From contig OZ249436.1 in the NCBI GenBank assembly GCA_965235115.1, positions 27,716,001-27,780,000 of the forward strand: a DNA stretch of 64,000 nucleotides, in the 5' to 3' direction. Positions 39,301-52,699 of the stretch are shown here, piece after piece (positions within the stretch are counted from its first letter, which is position 1; the number at the start of each line of letters is the position of its first letter). The position numbers and the translations under genes are program-made. The notes under the pieces are model-generated. The model was not told where the DNA came from, searched no databases, and saw nothing but the letters and a program-made list of their open reading frames with translations. This DNA is from Laetmonice hystrix (Eukaryota).

Positions 39301-42300
39301 TAGCTCTATTCCTGACCATGGCCATGGAACTTAAGACATGATAACATCGACCTTTGTCCTTTCGGGAGGGATAAAATGTTATAAACACGAGCAACGTTCC
39401 TAAGGTCAGAAAGTTATAGGGCAATGGCTCAGCCCGCCACCTGATGCGAAACACCTGTGGACAAACTACCTAACCTAAACGGGGTGAGCAGGTATGCGTG
39501 ATCGACTATACCTGCAGTGACCCCCATCAACCACTCTGGAGCCTGGATAGGCAGGTAATATGTATACGTATCTACCCGTGTCTTGGGCCCGACTGCCCAA
39601 GGACGCATTAGGCCGTGGCCTATATAGAGGCTAAAAAGTTGTACAAAAAGTGGTAAAATATATACTTTCTATATCATTACCAGGGCAGGTTAGGAGATTT
39701 CTTAAAAGATATATGAATCACATGACCTAGAGCTCCGCAATATAATAAGGATTTCTTTCCTGCATAATAAGTAGGTGGGCTGATTTGTTTTCTCTTTCGG
39801 TTCACCATGACCTTGCTTTACGATCTGATGATCAGATAACTTATACATGAGGACTTTATGGAAATCGCTGATAACTGAAAGAGTTTCTTAAATGTGTAAA
39901 TAGCATAATCAGTATGAGGGCCTAGGAGGAAGCACTGGGACAAGGGTCTATAGGGGTATTATTACAAAATAATTCGTGTAAATATTTATTTGAAACTTAC
40001 TAGTGAACCACTTAAGCATATAACTGCGGTTGAAAATCTCGTGCCAAAAAGAGCTCTTATTAAAGGAATCATGGCACCTTGGTTGAGCGTTCCGGGAAGC
40101 CAGTGAGGCCTGGTTTCACGCTTACCTCGTCAGAAACTATGCACCTTCTGTCCCGAGGATACTTCATAGGTTTAATATACATTATGTATTGTAAACAGAC
40201 AGCAGCGAAATGCACTGTCACCTTCACATTTCACATTTCTTGTCGAGAACACTCGAAACCAACGCTGCCTTCCGCCATCGGGAATGTCTGACCTGCAGGC
40301 ATAGCGATTGCGGCTATAGTCTCGCGTTCTGTGAAAAGGGTGTAAAGTCGCCCGGCCAAAACTCTATCGCGTAAGTGGGCTGCAGGTCTAGAAACAGAAG
40401 CGCGTCATTTCAAATTTGCTGGTTTTTAAATATTTTTAAAAAATAGTCACGAAATCCAATCAATATAATAAGTGCCCTGATTCCTTTAATTGAAATTTCC
40501 AAATTTGCTAGAGAGCATTTTCTTGTCGATGCATCTCTCTGCAAACAACTTCTGGGTCCCGATTCCAGATTTCCAGATCTCAACCCCCAGCTGGTCCGTG
40601 TTGAGTATACTCACGTATCTGTTGTCCATCTCCTGTCGGCCCTGTGGAAGACGTTAACCAGGGAGTTGGTTGGGTGGACAGCGAGACCCCCGACCTGACC
40701 CACCGTCACTTCCTCCCGGGGCCACTCGTCCACCACCTCCAGCTTCCCGTCCTCCTCCTCCACCAGGTATCCTTTCACGTATCCCTTGCCTTTACGGGCA
40801 TAGTCGTACAGGTCTGGCAGATACTGACCAGCGTCATCGCCGGTGTCAAATAGCCCGCGCTGAGAGAAAACACACAGAGGTATAGGCTATTACTCATTGT
40901 GATTGTATACGGTAGGGCAGGACTAGAATATAGATCTAGAGTGTAGATGAAAGAGACAGCGGATCACTGATTTTAGTGCTACTGTCGGTTATACAAATAT
41001 CTGAAGGGATAAATATACAGTTTGAACAACTTTAGTAAAGAAAATATTTGGTTGTTTACACTGAGTCCAAACTATTGGACATCATGTACTATACAGGCCA
41101 AAGTAACACAATTATAAGCGGTGCCTTACACTTAGGGATGGTATTTTCTATTGATACTTTTACTTCTATGGATCTAAAAGTCTGACATGAGGACGGGGTG
41201 ATACAGGCCCCTATTGTCCGTGGAACCTCCATGGTTTATATAACACTCTCATTCTTCTCATTCTTCACCAATTCGTTGGCAGAAAGAAACCACAAACATG
41301 TTGGCCCTCGTTAGGCACGATTCTGGCTTGTTTTCCCACCCTATCCAGTCATTATCTCGCCAATACGTGATCAATACACCAATACAACTGGTGTTTCAGT
41401 GTAAGGAGTTGGTATAATGCCAACTGGCTATGGTTGTTCGTTTTACGGCCCAAGATCCAGGTTCCAAGTTAATAAACACCCACCCACTCCGATTATAAGC
41501 ATCCTTGTATTTTATGACGTAGGCCTTTATATTTTACGAAACGACATGTCACATAAGACGGAAAGATTCCCTTTTGTAATGAAAGTCAAATATAGCAGTT
41601 TGGACGGGTTATAATATAGGGGCGGTAGTGTCAGAGAGTGGGGTCGTGTCCTCGCACCATGGAAATAATTATATAATCATGACCTTATGACTGCAGGAGT
41701 CTCCTGTAATAATATCGGTGATCGATCTGTAATATTGATCCAGCCTATCGATCAGTCCATTGTTGTCGACATCAGGGGATCAGCAGGCATCGCCTGACAA
41801 TCGAGCTACCCCCCCTAGCTGTGATTTACTGTATGTACTCAGGCACGTATGTCTGCCGGAAGGGGTGGGGGTGGGGGTGGGGGTGGGGTGGGGGTGGGGT
41901 AGGCCTACATGGGTTACCTCGTAACCTGCCGACATACGTGTCAGCCTGGTCAAGATAAATATCTGAGTAATAAATTATACACAGATTTGAAAAAGACAAA
42001 ACTTACGTAGCCCTAAGATATGCATCCTTTAATTAAAAAAGGTATAGGCCTAGGTTTAGAAGGAACCCTCCAACCCTCCAACCATTTCAAGACCACAGGC
42101 CTGGTACCTGTTTATACAGGGGAATTTAGGGAATTAAAGAATGTAGGGCCTTGTCCGTGAAGGCGATTGCATAATATGCGACAGACAAGTCGCGCACCAA
42201 TGGACAAGGTCAGTTTATCCATCCATCGCGATTTCGTCGCGATTATCCCAATTTTGCTTGAAAATCCAGAATTCCGACGAAACCTTTGTGGGGATAGGAA

Positions 42301-43425
42301 AACCGCCGATTTTGACGATCTGCTTCCATGCGAACAACGAGCCCAGAAAGATATTGTTGTCAAATTCTCATAATATTTGTCATACGAGGAAAAAAATACT
42401 TGGGATATTTTTCAAAGACTGTCAAAATTGTAACCTGAAAGATTTAAATTTAGATCAAAAAGTAAATTTTGTATTAATTAAATTTGCATAAATGTCGGAC
42501 TTTATGAGCTTTAACTTGGTGAATATGTCTGAGGAATTACGAGAATTTTATTGAAATAACCTTTTATTATTGTTATGGAAAACAAGCCTAAAATGACGAG
42601 CAATTTAATTAGGGGGCTATAATATATATGATTGTGTAAGGGTGTGTGTATTGGGATATATGGATAGGTGTACCAATATAGGATTATAACGTTGAAATGG
42701 CCCCATAAAATGTCAATGGCCAAGACCTGTGTCCGGGCGGTCTAAAGACAGCGGTGAGTAAATAGCTCGGCCAGTCCGCCTCCTCACTTTACCGCTCGGC
42801 TCCACGGGACACCAATTGGACCCAGGTGAGTATAGGCCTATACAATATGTAGGAACTGCCTCCTCCCCCCCCCTCAGTTCTTTGTCTCTGAGGACTATTA
42901 TAAGCACCATGGTGCAGCGTACGTCATCAACAGAAGCAAGAACATGGCTGCATGCTGCATGGCGACCATTTAACCTCAGGGGGTTGACCAGACAGACTGT
43001 AAATCACGATGTGACAAAACAGAAATATTACAATATGGATAATGTATTTTTTTAAACCGAGATACCATTAGACCAATATGACATCATCAAAATACTAGAA
43101 TTTGTTATTACAGTTAATTTTTTTGTAGGTATAGTAGTAGCAGTCGCGAGCGCATGGAGGTGTATGTACATAATAGCATGGCGCTGCAAGGCCAACCCCA
43201 AACGGCAATATATCGACAACAGCTGGATCACATTATTCACCGTTGTACCTGGTGACTTCACCCTCAGCAGGTTAAATAACAAAGACCATGCCTTACCCTT
43301 GCCGCAGCGAGGATCTCTTTCAGTTCCTCGAAGTCCTCGTCATCGTAGGCTGGAAAACAGCGAGACACGCCTAGAAATGCGCCTAATCCTAGAAGCAGCC
43401 ATATTGTCTTGACCGGAGAGGCCAT
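36348..43425 (-). CDS. PAL: Peptidyl-alpha-hydroxyglycine alpha-amidating lyase (monofunctional PAL, NHL beta-propeller), ~417 aa, 9 exons
   Basis: Exons (minus) 43425-43297, 40859-40615, 39056-38943, 38599-38527, 38245-38094, 37732-37589, 37416-37304, 37168-37041, 36503-36348 join in frame (1254 nt) with GT-AG introns. Signal peptide MASPVKTIWLLLGLGAFLGVSRC; PAL motifs WP..[82 protein letters not shown]. Confidence 0.93.
37941..38054. repeat. 21-bp tandem repeat in a PAL intron (~5.5 copies)
   Basis: gtaaaggtt(g/t)gtagggatata, with alternating G/T variants. Confidence 0.9.
40064..40485. mobile_element. Kolobok-type MITE in PAL intron 2
   Basis: TTAA|AGGAATCATGGCAC ... GTGCCCTGATTCCT|TTAA: TTAA TSD and purine-purine termini. 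Confidence 0.7.
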
Positions 43426-43698
43426 GTTTTCCTGGAAGTACGGCCCGAGTGTGATGTGAGGAAAGGAAGGCAGATGTGGTGCCTATCGACGCACCTTCCT
43501 GGCCGGTAACGGTGAGGCGTTGGAATGAAACCGTTCGGCTTGGTTTCCGTGTACCAATATCACATCATTCTGTGTCCAGGAAACGTCGTCAGAGAATGGA
43601 TATTAACACGGCGATGGCGTACAGTTGAAGCTGCAATATGACGCCGATCTTTCAACCAGACCCCCCACGCTTCATGTTAATGTAGGCTCTACTGCGGC

Positions 43699-43743
<45 letters not shown>
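43699..43743. repeat. (GCA)n microsatellite upstream of PAL
   Basis: About 14-15 GCA units, ~270 bp upstream of the PAL ATG. Confidence 0.9.
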
Positions 43744-43744
<1 letters not shown>

Positions 43745-43959
43745 GTTACAGAATCCGTCTGCAGGCACACTCTGAGCCAAGCACTCATGAATATGTGATC
43801 AGTACTTATCATAAACCAATACCGCCATGTGTTGGCTTGCAATATCCACGGGTAAGCCTATCCGGCGTTCACTGCCTTCTTGTTACACGTGACAAGTATT
43901 ACAGCCACATATGTACGCATGTAGATTATGGAAATCCCTCGATGACATATTTCACAGCT

Positions 43960-44076
43960 CAGAGTGTCGCCACTTGTATAACAGAGTGTCGCCACTTGTA
44001 TAACAGAGTGTCGCCACTTGTATAACAGAGTGTCGCCACTTGCATAACAGAGTGTCGCCACTTGTATAACAGAGTG
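43960..44076. repeat. 22-bp tandem repeat (~5.3 copies)
   Basis: Unit cagagtgtcgccacttgtataa. Confidence 0.9.
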
Positions 44077-44237
44077 AAAGATCAAGAATGGGAAATGTCT
44101 CACTGATTACTGTAATCGCTGTTGTAGAACTGGAAAATGTATAAGTTTGAAATTTATGGCATTTAAAGTGTTCACGTCACTGTTTCTTTTTCAAGACAGT
44201 TGTGTTTTTTTACAGTGACCGTCATCAGGCCAACCAG

Positions 44238-44399
44238 CAGGGCCGTAGCCTGCAGTGGGGTGGGGTGGGGGGGGGGGGATTTCCAGTTTTTTTAAAATGG
44301 GCCTGGATCCCGTACATTGACCTTGGAATTGACACCTGGTACCTGGTCAAGAGCCACTGCCCCCCCCCCCCCGCGTATTTGAGACAAACTGCGGTCCTG
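44238..44399. mobile_element. hAT5-like MITE
   Basis: CAGGGCCGTAG ... CTGCGGTCCTG with 5-bp TSD ACCAG. Confidence 0.6.
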
Positions 44400-45132
44400 A
44401 CCAGCCAATCCTATCGCTCTACTATTAGCGCCATCGTCCGGTATGTGATCTTAGAAAAGAAACCGAGAATCGTAAACAGAAGGAGCCATGGGAATGTACG
44501 CATTCATTGTCCAGTCGTTCTATTTTTATCATTTCAAATATCTAATATAATAGTATAATATCTCTATAACATAAGAGGGTGTGCCTGGGCGTGTTTGTAC
44601 GCATAATTTGCGTAATACAGTCGGGCACCAGAAAAATATTGACTCAGCTGTCACCTTTCATAAGCGTTATGTTTGACTAGGAAGTATAATGGTCAAGAAA
44701 TTCGCCAATTTGTGACATAATCGTGTAATCACGCTTGGTTTAGAGGGGAGTTCACACTTTATTTCTGAAGTGTCGTTGTTGGCACTGAGTTGACATAACT
44801 CGTATCAAAACTGTGATTTCCGCTGAGCTGACAGGAGGCATTGCTTGGAAACATTCGACATGAATATGAACCTTTGGAAACAAAGACCTAACAATGAAGC
44901 ACAAGATCGAATTACCAATTTATTGGGAAATTGCACCAGGAATAACATTAAATGAATAAATGTTGTTCGTGCAGATAAGACAGGAAATCACACTGACAAA
45001 TAGATACGTTTCCTTTTAATAAAAATTCAAATTTTTCAAAGGGCAGCCTGAAAAACTGGTAGATGCTACTCTGATAATCTAGGAATACCATAATTATTTT
45101 AACTTGTGTCTGTTTCCAAAAGTAGAACCGCT

Positions 45133-48100
45133 CTATTGTTCAGCGTTACGGATAGCCCAGGTCATAAAGCAGGTTTTCGAGGCGTCGACGTAACTAGAAG
45201 CGATGCCACTTCCATCTCTGGTGCGCACGGCCTGTAAGAAATGTTCCATTTCCGTCATGTACGGGTCGTCATCCGGAAAGGTGAGCACTTCCTCCTCTTC
45301 ACTCCCCGACCTGCGCACGCGCACGGTACAGGCGCTCGTGTACGGATCGTCCAGAACCAATCGCATACCGTCCATTATCACCTCAACCTGGGCTTCGTAT
45401 CTGTTTAAGGGATTGTCAAACACGGCAATGGTCAGAAACTTTTGAAGAATACTTCTACCTCTTATGTGACCATCGTTTTCCAATATTATATAACAGATGA
45501 TCGCCATTCTTCTTATAATTCTAAACTAGGTACAACTCTCATACCAAGAAAGCGGGGGAAAGGCGATAGTCTTTTTCAATTCAATGGGAATTACGTGTAT
45601 TTGATTTTCCCCGCAAATTTTACAAGGAAATATTTTAACATAGAGAAGATATCACGTCGTTTTGTTAAGTGACCGTATCTATAGGCCAAACCCTTCTAAA
45701 AGTAGTCCACCAAAATTTAATATTCCACTACGAATTTGAAACTTCTAGTTCTAGGCCCCTATATATTTGCATAATTTAAAGTAGGCCTGGATATATGACC
45801 TATAGGCAAATCGGTATGTCAAATCGGAGAACGAGGGGCGGATCTATGGGTTTGATAAAGGAATTAAATCAGCAGACTGTTTCAAAAAAATTCGAGTCGT
45901 AATGTAATGTCGTAAACCAACAACTACTTCTTGTCATGTAGTGCAACAGTGTGAAGAAGACAGCCGACCCCGCCACTTGTGAACCTCCACTGTGATACGG
46001 TAACTCGGGGAGCACGGGCAGAATCGGGAAGACCCACGTCACAGCCGGCCGGAACCTTAGGAAAGACAATATCTGATCAAACCCAGCTATATATGACATT
46101 AAATGTAGTATAATACAGCTGCATTTATTTAGGCTGTATGCTTAGATTCACTCCTGTCTTTTCAGTAACGAGTTTAGAAAAAAGAAAACTAGGAAGGGGG
46201 CGCGGAGGCCTTTCAAAGGAAGCAGTTGTTAATCATGAAGATCAGCAGTGGTCTAAGACCCTAAAGGCCCGGTCCCACTGGCCGATGAACAAAACGTATG
46301 CATAAAGGACACAGCAGACGAGCAAAATTTCGGGGGTGGCTCCATCCGTTTTCATCCGCTCCAGAAATGGACAAGCTGCAGTGGATGTGAGTTGCGAGGA
46401 TGCCCAGAGGATGCAGAGAGGATACAGCGGACATTTAACGGATGATAACGGACATAGAACGTTTGTTGCTCGTATATGTCGCGGATTTACATCGTACACG
46501 GCGGAAAGTTCATCCGTTCTAGGCCCGGTCCCACTGCACTTACGGATGCAAAGAATATGTAAAACGTAAAAAGATCTTGCCATCCGTTGGAAAACGCTAT
46601 GCATCCGTTGTGTACCCATTGCATACGTGTTTCATACGGTCTATCCATCGAGCATCCGTCCACTGTGATTTCATCCGCGCAAAAGGTTTTGAGCTGCACA
46701 AAACTTTTGAACGGATGAACTTTCCGCCGTGTACGATGTAAATCCGCGACATATACGAGCAACAAACGTTCTATGTCCGTTATCATCCGTTAAATGTCCG
46801 CTGTATCCTCTCTGCATCCTCTGGGCATCCTCGCAACTCACATCCACTGCAGCTGAAAACGGAAAGAGGGAGGAAAGATAAGGTACATGGAACGTCTATA
46901 CATCGTTAGTAGCACGGAAATAGAAAGGATGTAAGCGTATGCATATCGTATATAAAGTATTCAAAACTGTCATCCACTTCCATCCGCTTTCATCCGCTAG
47001 GCTTCCGATGAACATCCGTTTAACATCCCCGCTACATACTACCCACGTCCGTTCTTTTCCATTCTGTTTTCGCCAATTTTCGCCAATTTTGTCCATTTCT
47101 GGAGCGGATGAAAACGGATGGAGCCCCGAAATTTTGCTCGTCCGCTGTGTCCTTTATGCATACGTTTTGTGTCCATCGGCCAGTGGGACCGGGCCTTAAA
47201 AGTTTTGTGCAGCTCAAAACTTTTTGCACGGATGAAATCACAGTGGACGGATGCTCGATGGATAGAGCGTATGAAACACGTATGCAATGGGTACACAACA
47301 GATGCATAGCGTTTTCCAACGGATGGCAAGATTTTGTTACGTTTTACATACTCTTTGCATCCGTAAGTGCAGTGGGACCGGGCCTTAATCAAGTACGGAG
47401 GGTGCACAGGCAGCCCTTTGCCCACATCGTCAATCGGTCACTTTACCCAGTATGATATGATGGAGATTCGGGATGCCGGCTCTACAAAACTGTTATTAAC
47501 TATTTAAAGTGATCTACTCCTGCATGGTATCCTTACCTTAGCCAAACTGCCAGCAGAACCTGCCCCTTCGTCTCGTACACAGACAGTCTGCACCGAATTA
47601 TTGACGATATCTCCTGCCAGGTAGCGTGCAACGTCACACAGGTGAGTGGCCTGTTCTACAATCGGCCCACCACTGCATCGGATGTCCCACCTTAGAAACA
47701 AGAAACGCAAAGTTTGGAATACCTCACAATCATACGGGCGGTGGGGGGACTAATTCTATCAGGTTGCCATAAATTACCAATAATGGTAAACGTGCAGAAT
47801 AGCAGACCTTCGTTGTTGCCCCTGAAAATTAGCACAAAAGAGGAGGGCGTGTCTTACGTTAGAGCAACTCTTGACTTACCAGTACGCGTTGTCTGCGTGT
47901 TCGTATGCGAAAATATAACGCGCGTTGAGAGCCATCACGTAACCACCGTGCTGGTCAATCAGCTCCTTCATCTTCCTCACGGCTGCATGATACCTAGGAA
48001 CGTAGAATTGCAACCGGTGTCACATTTTGAAACTTTCTCCATTGTAGAAGTTCCATGTTAATTTGATACTTTGATTCCCTGATGGACTGTGTAGGGTTCC

Positions 48101-49046
48101 CAGTGGATTAACGCTCACAGTGTCGTTCTGAAGGTTCTTTGGTAGACTTCGATACGTGCTCAAAGTTCCTGAAGTTATAGGGGGGGGGGGGTGTCAAAAG
48201 GACGCAGCGGGTTAAACATACCTATATGTGCAACTAACCTGAACATGTAGCCTACGGATACGATGACCCCAGTCTCTGCCTGAGCAGACATCATTGCCTC
48301 AACATACGCCTTGAAGTTGTCACCCTTGGCCAACGACAGCGGCTTCTCAACGAATACATGGACGCCCTTACGGACATATTGTAATTCGAGATCTTTTCCA
48401 TCTTCCAGCGAACCTCTGCATTGAGCATGGGTTTTTATTGTTAGTATACAACGAGGCTTCAGTATGACAGGCTAGCTAGGTCGCCAGCAGCTATAGCCAC
48501 AATTATCTAGGCCATATCACAATTGTTGGTCATGACAAAGTTGCCAGTACTGCAGTAGATAAAGTGCCACAGCCCGTATATATAGTGACCCTATTCTCAT
48601 ATATAGTGACCCTATTCTCCTCTTCCCAGCCTGAGCTTCTTAACAACGTACTAATAATAAAATCAAATGTGATAAGAAAAATTGCAATCCATCACAGAGG
48701 TTTGGCCCTTAATACCGAATGCAGTCAATGGTCAATAAGAAACTTGGAAACTTTCTGACCTTACGAACGGAGGTGTGCCGATGATAACCACATCGGGCCT
48801 GCTGTGTTGGAGCAGGTCTTTGGTTGAGCTGTACACCTGACAACCCTCATATATCCTAGCATTGACCCCGGCCCTACGTCTGGTTAGTGCCATGTGGGCG
48901 ACTTCCGTCAGAGGGTCGACGATTGCCACTATCTCCACATTGGGTAGTTGTTCTAGACGAGAGGCGTGGTCCCATGGCCCCTCACCGCCTCCAAAGTTCA
49001 CCTTCCCGGCGCCTATAAACGCGACACGGAGGCAGCGCTCGGACAT
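45133..49046 (-). CDS. Gfo/Idh/MocA-family NAD(P)-dependent oxidoreductase, copy 1 (apparently intact), ~375 aa, 6 exons
   Basis: Exons (minus) 49046-48760, 48415-48239, 47993-47880, 47690-47537, 46055-45928, 45400-45133 join in frame (1128 nt). Motifs VAFIGAGKVNFGGGEGPWDH, DVVIIGTPP, HVFVEKPLS, VGYMFRYH, SGGPIVEQATHLCDVARYL. The exon-5 donor (AA|gtagtt) is weak and was chosen by phase. Confidence 0.85.
46265..47385. mobile_element. PIF/Harbinger MITE containing an inverted copy of its own family
   Basis: Outer TIRs AGGCCCGGTCCCACTG / CAGTGGGACCGGGCCT with TAA TSD; the empty site ccc-taa-tcaagt is seen in copy 2 (~53337). Inner TIR pair at 46521 and ~47196. Confidence 0.85.
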
Positions 49047-49260
49047 CGTCGTCTTACCTCGGAGGCTGCAGTTTGTGAAATGGGACTGCGAGGGCAACAA
49101 GCACGAAGTCTAGGGGACAACTATGTCAAGTGCGTTATGCTTGAGTGATATCCGAGGTCAACAGATATGGTAAAGGTGACTTTGGCATGTAAAACCGAGT
49201 GGAAAATAAAGGGACTTCTTTTCTGAAGGATGGGAGGAGTAAATATAACATGAGGAATAT

Positions 49261-50557
49261 TATTATACAAATATGGCACTTGGTTGAGTGCAATATGAAA
49301 ATTTATGGCACGATGTTAACTGATATTGCACGACGCGAAGCCATAGTGCAATATCAGTTTCCAGAGTCCAGAGTGCCATAAATTTTCATATTGCACGATA
49401 CCAAGTGCCATATTTATTTTATTTTATGACTGCCGCACTTTTCCTGTCTGTGCCACGCCCCATCGACGACTGCACAGTCAGTTTAACTTTACTCCATAAG
49501 ATTCATCATCTAGATCTAGGCCTACCGGTACGCCGAGCCTCAGTGAGTTAGTACCCACAATTCTACCAGTAAACCATGATCAAAACCATGACCAATCTTA
49601 AAAATCAGTCACCACATAAACTTCTCATGTCGGGAAATTAGATAGGCTACAGGGATTCATCGTGTTCACGACTGCTTTATCTAGCTAGGCCTAGAGCTAG
49701 CCTAGACTAGAGGCTATACAAGATTCTGAACTCAGCCTCGCGTAGTTTCCGCTTTGCTATCAGACGCTGTCACCCCTCCAGACTGTTATATTAAACTTAA
49801 GAATGGCTAAGCGCCTATTTGCACTCGGGGGTGAGAACACTTGACGGCCATGAAAAAGTAATATTGACTGGTCAATATTACTTTTTCCGTGCAATATTAG
49901 ATTTTATCTGTGATCACGTGACAGGAAACTGACCAATCAGGACAGGGAAAGTGCGGCAGCCATAAAATAATATACAAATATGGCACTTGGTTGAGTGCAA
50001 TATGAAAATTTATGGCACGATGGCAACTGATATTGCACGACGCTAAGCGGAGTGCAATATCGGTTTCCAGAGTGCCATAAATTTTCATATTGTACGATAC
50101 CAAGTGCCATATTTGTTTTATTTTATGACTGCCGCACTTTTCCTGTCTATGCCAGGACCAATCGACGACTGAACAGTCGGTTTAACTTTACTCCATTAGA
50201 CTCATCATCTAGACATAGCGGTACCGGTACGCTGAGCCTCAGTGAGTCAGTACTCACAAATCTACCAGTAAATTCTATACCTACCATGATCAAAACCATG
50301 ATCAATCTTAACAATCAGTCACCTACCACATAAACCTCTCATGTCGGGAAATTAGATACAGGGGATCCATCGTGTTCACGACTTCTAGCTAGGCCTAGAG
50401 TCTATTTGCACGCGGGGGTTAAGACACTTGACAGCAGTAAAAAAGTAATATTGACTGGTCAATATTACTTTTTCCGTGCAATATTAGATTTTATCTGTGA
50501 TCACGTGACAGGGAGCTGACCAATCAGGACAGAGAAAGTGCGGCAGCCATAAAATAA
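49261..50557. mobile_element. Head-to-tail dimer of a Crypton-like non-autonomous element
   Basis: Two similar units (~49261-49970, ~49971-50557) start tatacaaatatggcacttggttgagtgcaatatg and end ggcagccataaaataa, with internal TATGGCAC/GTGCCATA inverted repeats. Not present at the equivalent position upstream of copy 2 (~56705). The family label comes from recalled resemblance only. Confidence 0.55.
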
Positions 50558-52699
50558 AGTCAAATATACACTGAAAACTTTAGGTCGTCAAGGATTCGTC
50601 ACATGCTTGTCAAAGTAACAAATTTAGCCTCGTCAAGGACACTGACAAACTATTGACAAGGTCATTGTCACAAACTCGTCATAAAGTCCGTTGTAACTGC
50701 TTAGAATGTCGCTTACTTGACACGTGTTTTACACTTTCGTAACGAATGCCGACAGGAGTTAGAGGACACGAAAGAAGGTATGCACTGCTTACAGTAATCT
50801 AAATAATCTGGTATAGATCTATAAATGGGGTTATATTGTGTTAGATTATCTGTTTCATAGCAGAATGTTCTTTAGGCTTGGGTGGGATGTTAATTTTTGT
50901 AAAGAATAGAAGGATGCCCCTAAAATTTATTGAGTGAAAATAGGCCTCTTGCAAAAAGCCCGACAGTAGAGGCCTTTGTCTGGCATGACAGTTTTGGCGG
51001 GACGGAATAGGGGGAGGGCCTATACACTGATTAGGCCTGGGCTAGGGTTTAGGGAATTCTTGGACCTTCACCTGGTTATGGCCTATAATATAGAGGGGGA
51101 TAATAATCGAGCCCTCCTCACATTGGGGAGGGGCATGGGCCCCCAGTTCCTCAGTTCCATCACCCCTGTTAATAAGTACCCCTGTCTTCTTTTGTTGTAA
51201 CCAGAACCTTCCCGGTCATTTTTCTGTTCTTTTAAAGTAATCTTCCAGTTTACCAAAAAATTTAGATAGCCTCCTCGAACTAACAGGGTCGGCCAAGATA
51301 AGTAAGGCCAGTTTCTTTAAATGACATGAAATTGAAGGTCCAGAACATATACCGGTATTAACATTTTACTTGTGTATTTCAGGACTGAGAAAGCCGTGGA
51401 AGAACAAGCATGAGCAAATCGTGTGAAAAAAGCTGCAGAAGATTAGTGAGAGACTGTCGATGTATTGCAGTTAAAAAGAACTATTTCTTCACATCTACTA
51501 TACAGTTAGTGAACTAATATGGACGTGTTTAACGTGCGGGAGGGTTCTTTGATTTTATATTTCATGGAAAAAAAGAGTAGTGTGAGACTGTTGATGATGT
51601 CTTAAAGTTAAAAAGACAAACCGGCTATTTTATTAGTTATAAAGTATATCCCAGCGTCAAAGCAGTGTATATGGAAAACGTGAAATATAGGCATTTTACT
51701 ATCTACATCTGTCAAGTTGTTTGTTTTGTCTTAAAAACCTTTAAATAGTTTAATTGAATGTTTTTCTTCTCAGTGTGTTGCAGACGTTTTTTTCTTTTCA
51801 GACATTGGCATAGATAACAGATCAATGATTTATGGAGTGTATCCAGTGTAGTTTTTGACATGGTAGTGTTCTTCACGAGTTTTTGACAAGGTGACGAGTT
51901 AAAACTTGTTGTTTTAGGCACCGTCAGATTGACAAGCCAAAACTTTTAAAAGTCTAAAAAAAACTGGCATATGCTACTCTTATAATCTAGCAATACCATA
52001 TTTTAACTTGTGTCTGTTTCCAAAGTAAAACGGCTCTATTTTTCAGCGTTACGGATAGCCCAGGTCATAAAGTAGGTTTTCGAGGCGTCGACGTAACTAG
52101 AAGCGATGCCACTTCCATCTCTGGTGCGCACGGCCTGTAAGAAATGTTCCACTTCCGTCATGTACGGGTCGTCATCCGGAAAGGTGAGCACTTCCTCCTC
52201 TTCACTCCCCGACCTGCGCACGCGCACGGTACAGGCGCTCGTGTACGGATCGTCCAGAACCAATCGCATACCGTCCATTATCACCTCAACCTGGGCTTCG
52301 TATCTGTTTAAAGGAAGGTCAAACACGGCAATGGTCTGAAACTTTTGAAGAATACCTCTTATGTGACCATCGTTTTCCAATATTATATAACAGTCATAAG
52401 TCTAAACTAGGTACAACTCTCATCATTTTCTTCCGAATAATGATCAAGAAAGCGGGGGAAAGGCGATAGTCTTTTTCAATTCAATGGTAATTGCGTGTAT
52501 CTGATTTTCCCCGCAAATTTTACAAGGAAATATTTTAACATAGAGAAGATATCACGTCGTTTTGTTAAGTGCCTGTATCTAGGCCGAACCCTACTAAAAG
52601 TAGTCCACAAAATATTCCACCACGAATTTGAAACTTTAAGTTCTAGGCCCCTATATATTTGCATAATTTAAAGTAGGCCTGGATATGACCTGTAGGCAA

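Noticed and set aside
7031..43425. Functional neurosecretory cluster (EPDR, ion channel, PAL)
   Set aside because: Unrelated families, mixed orientation, long repeat-filled spacers; nothing in the sequence shows co-regulation.
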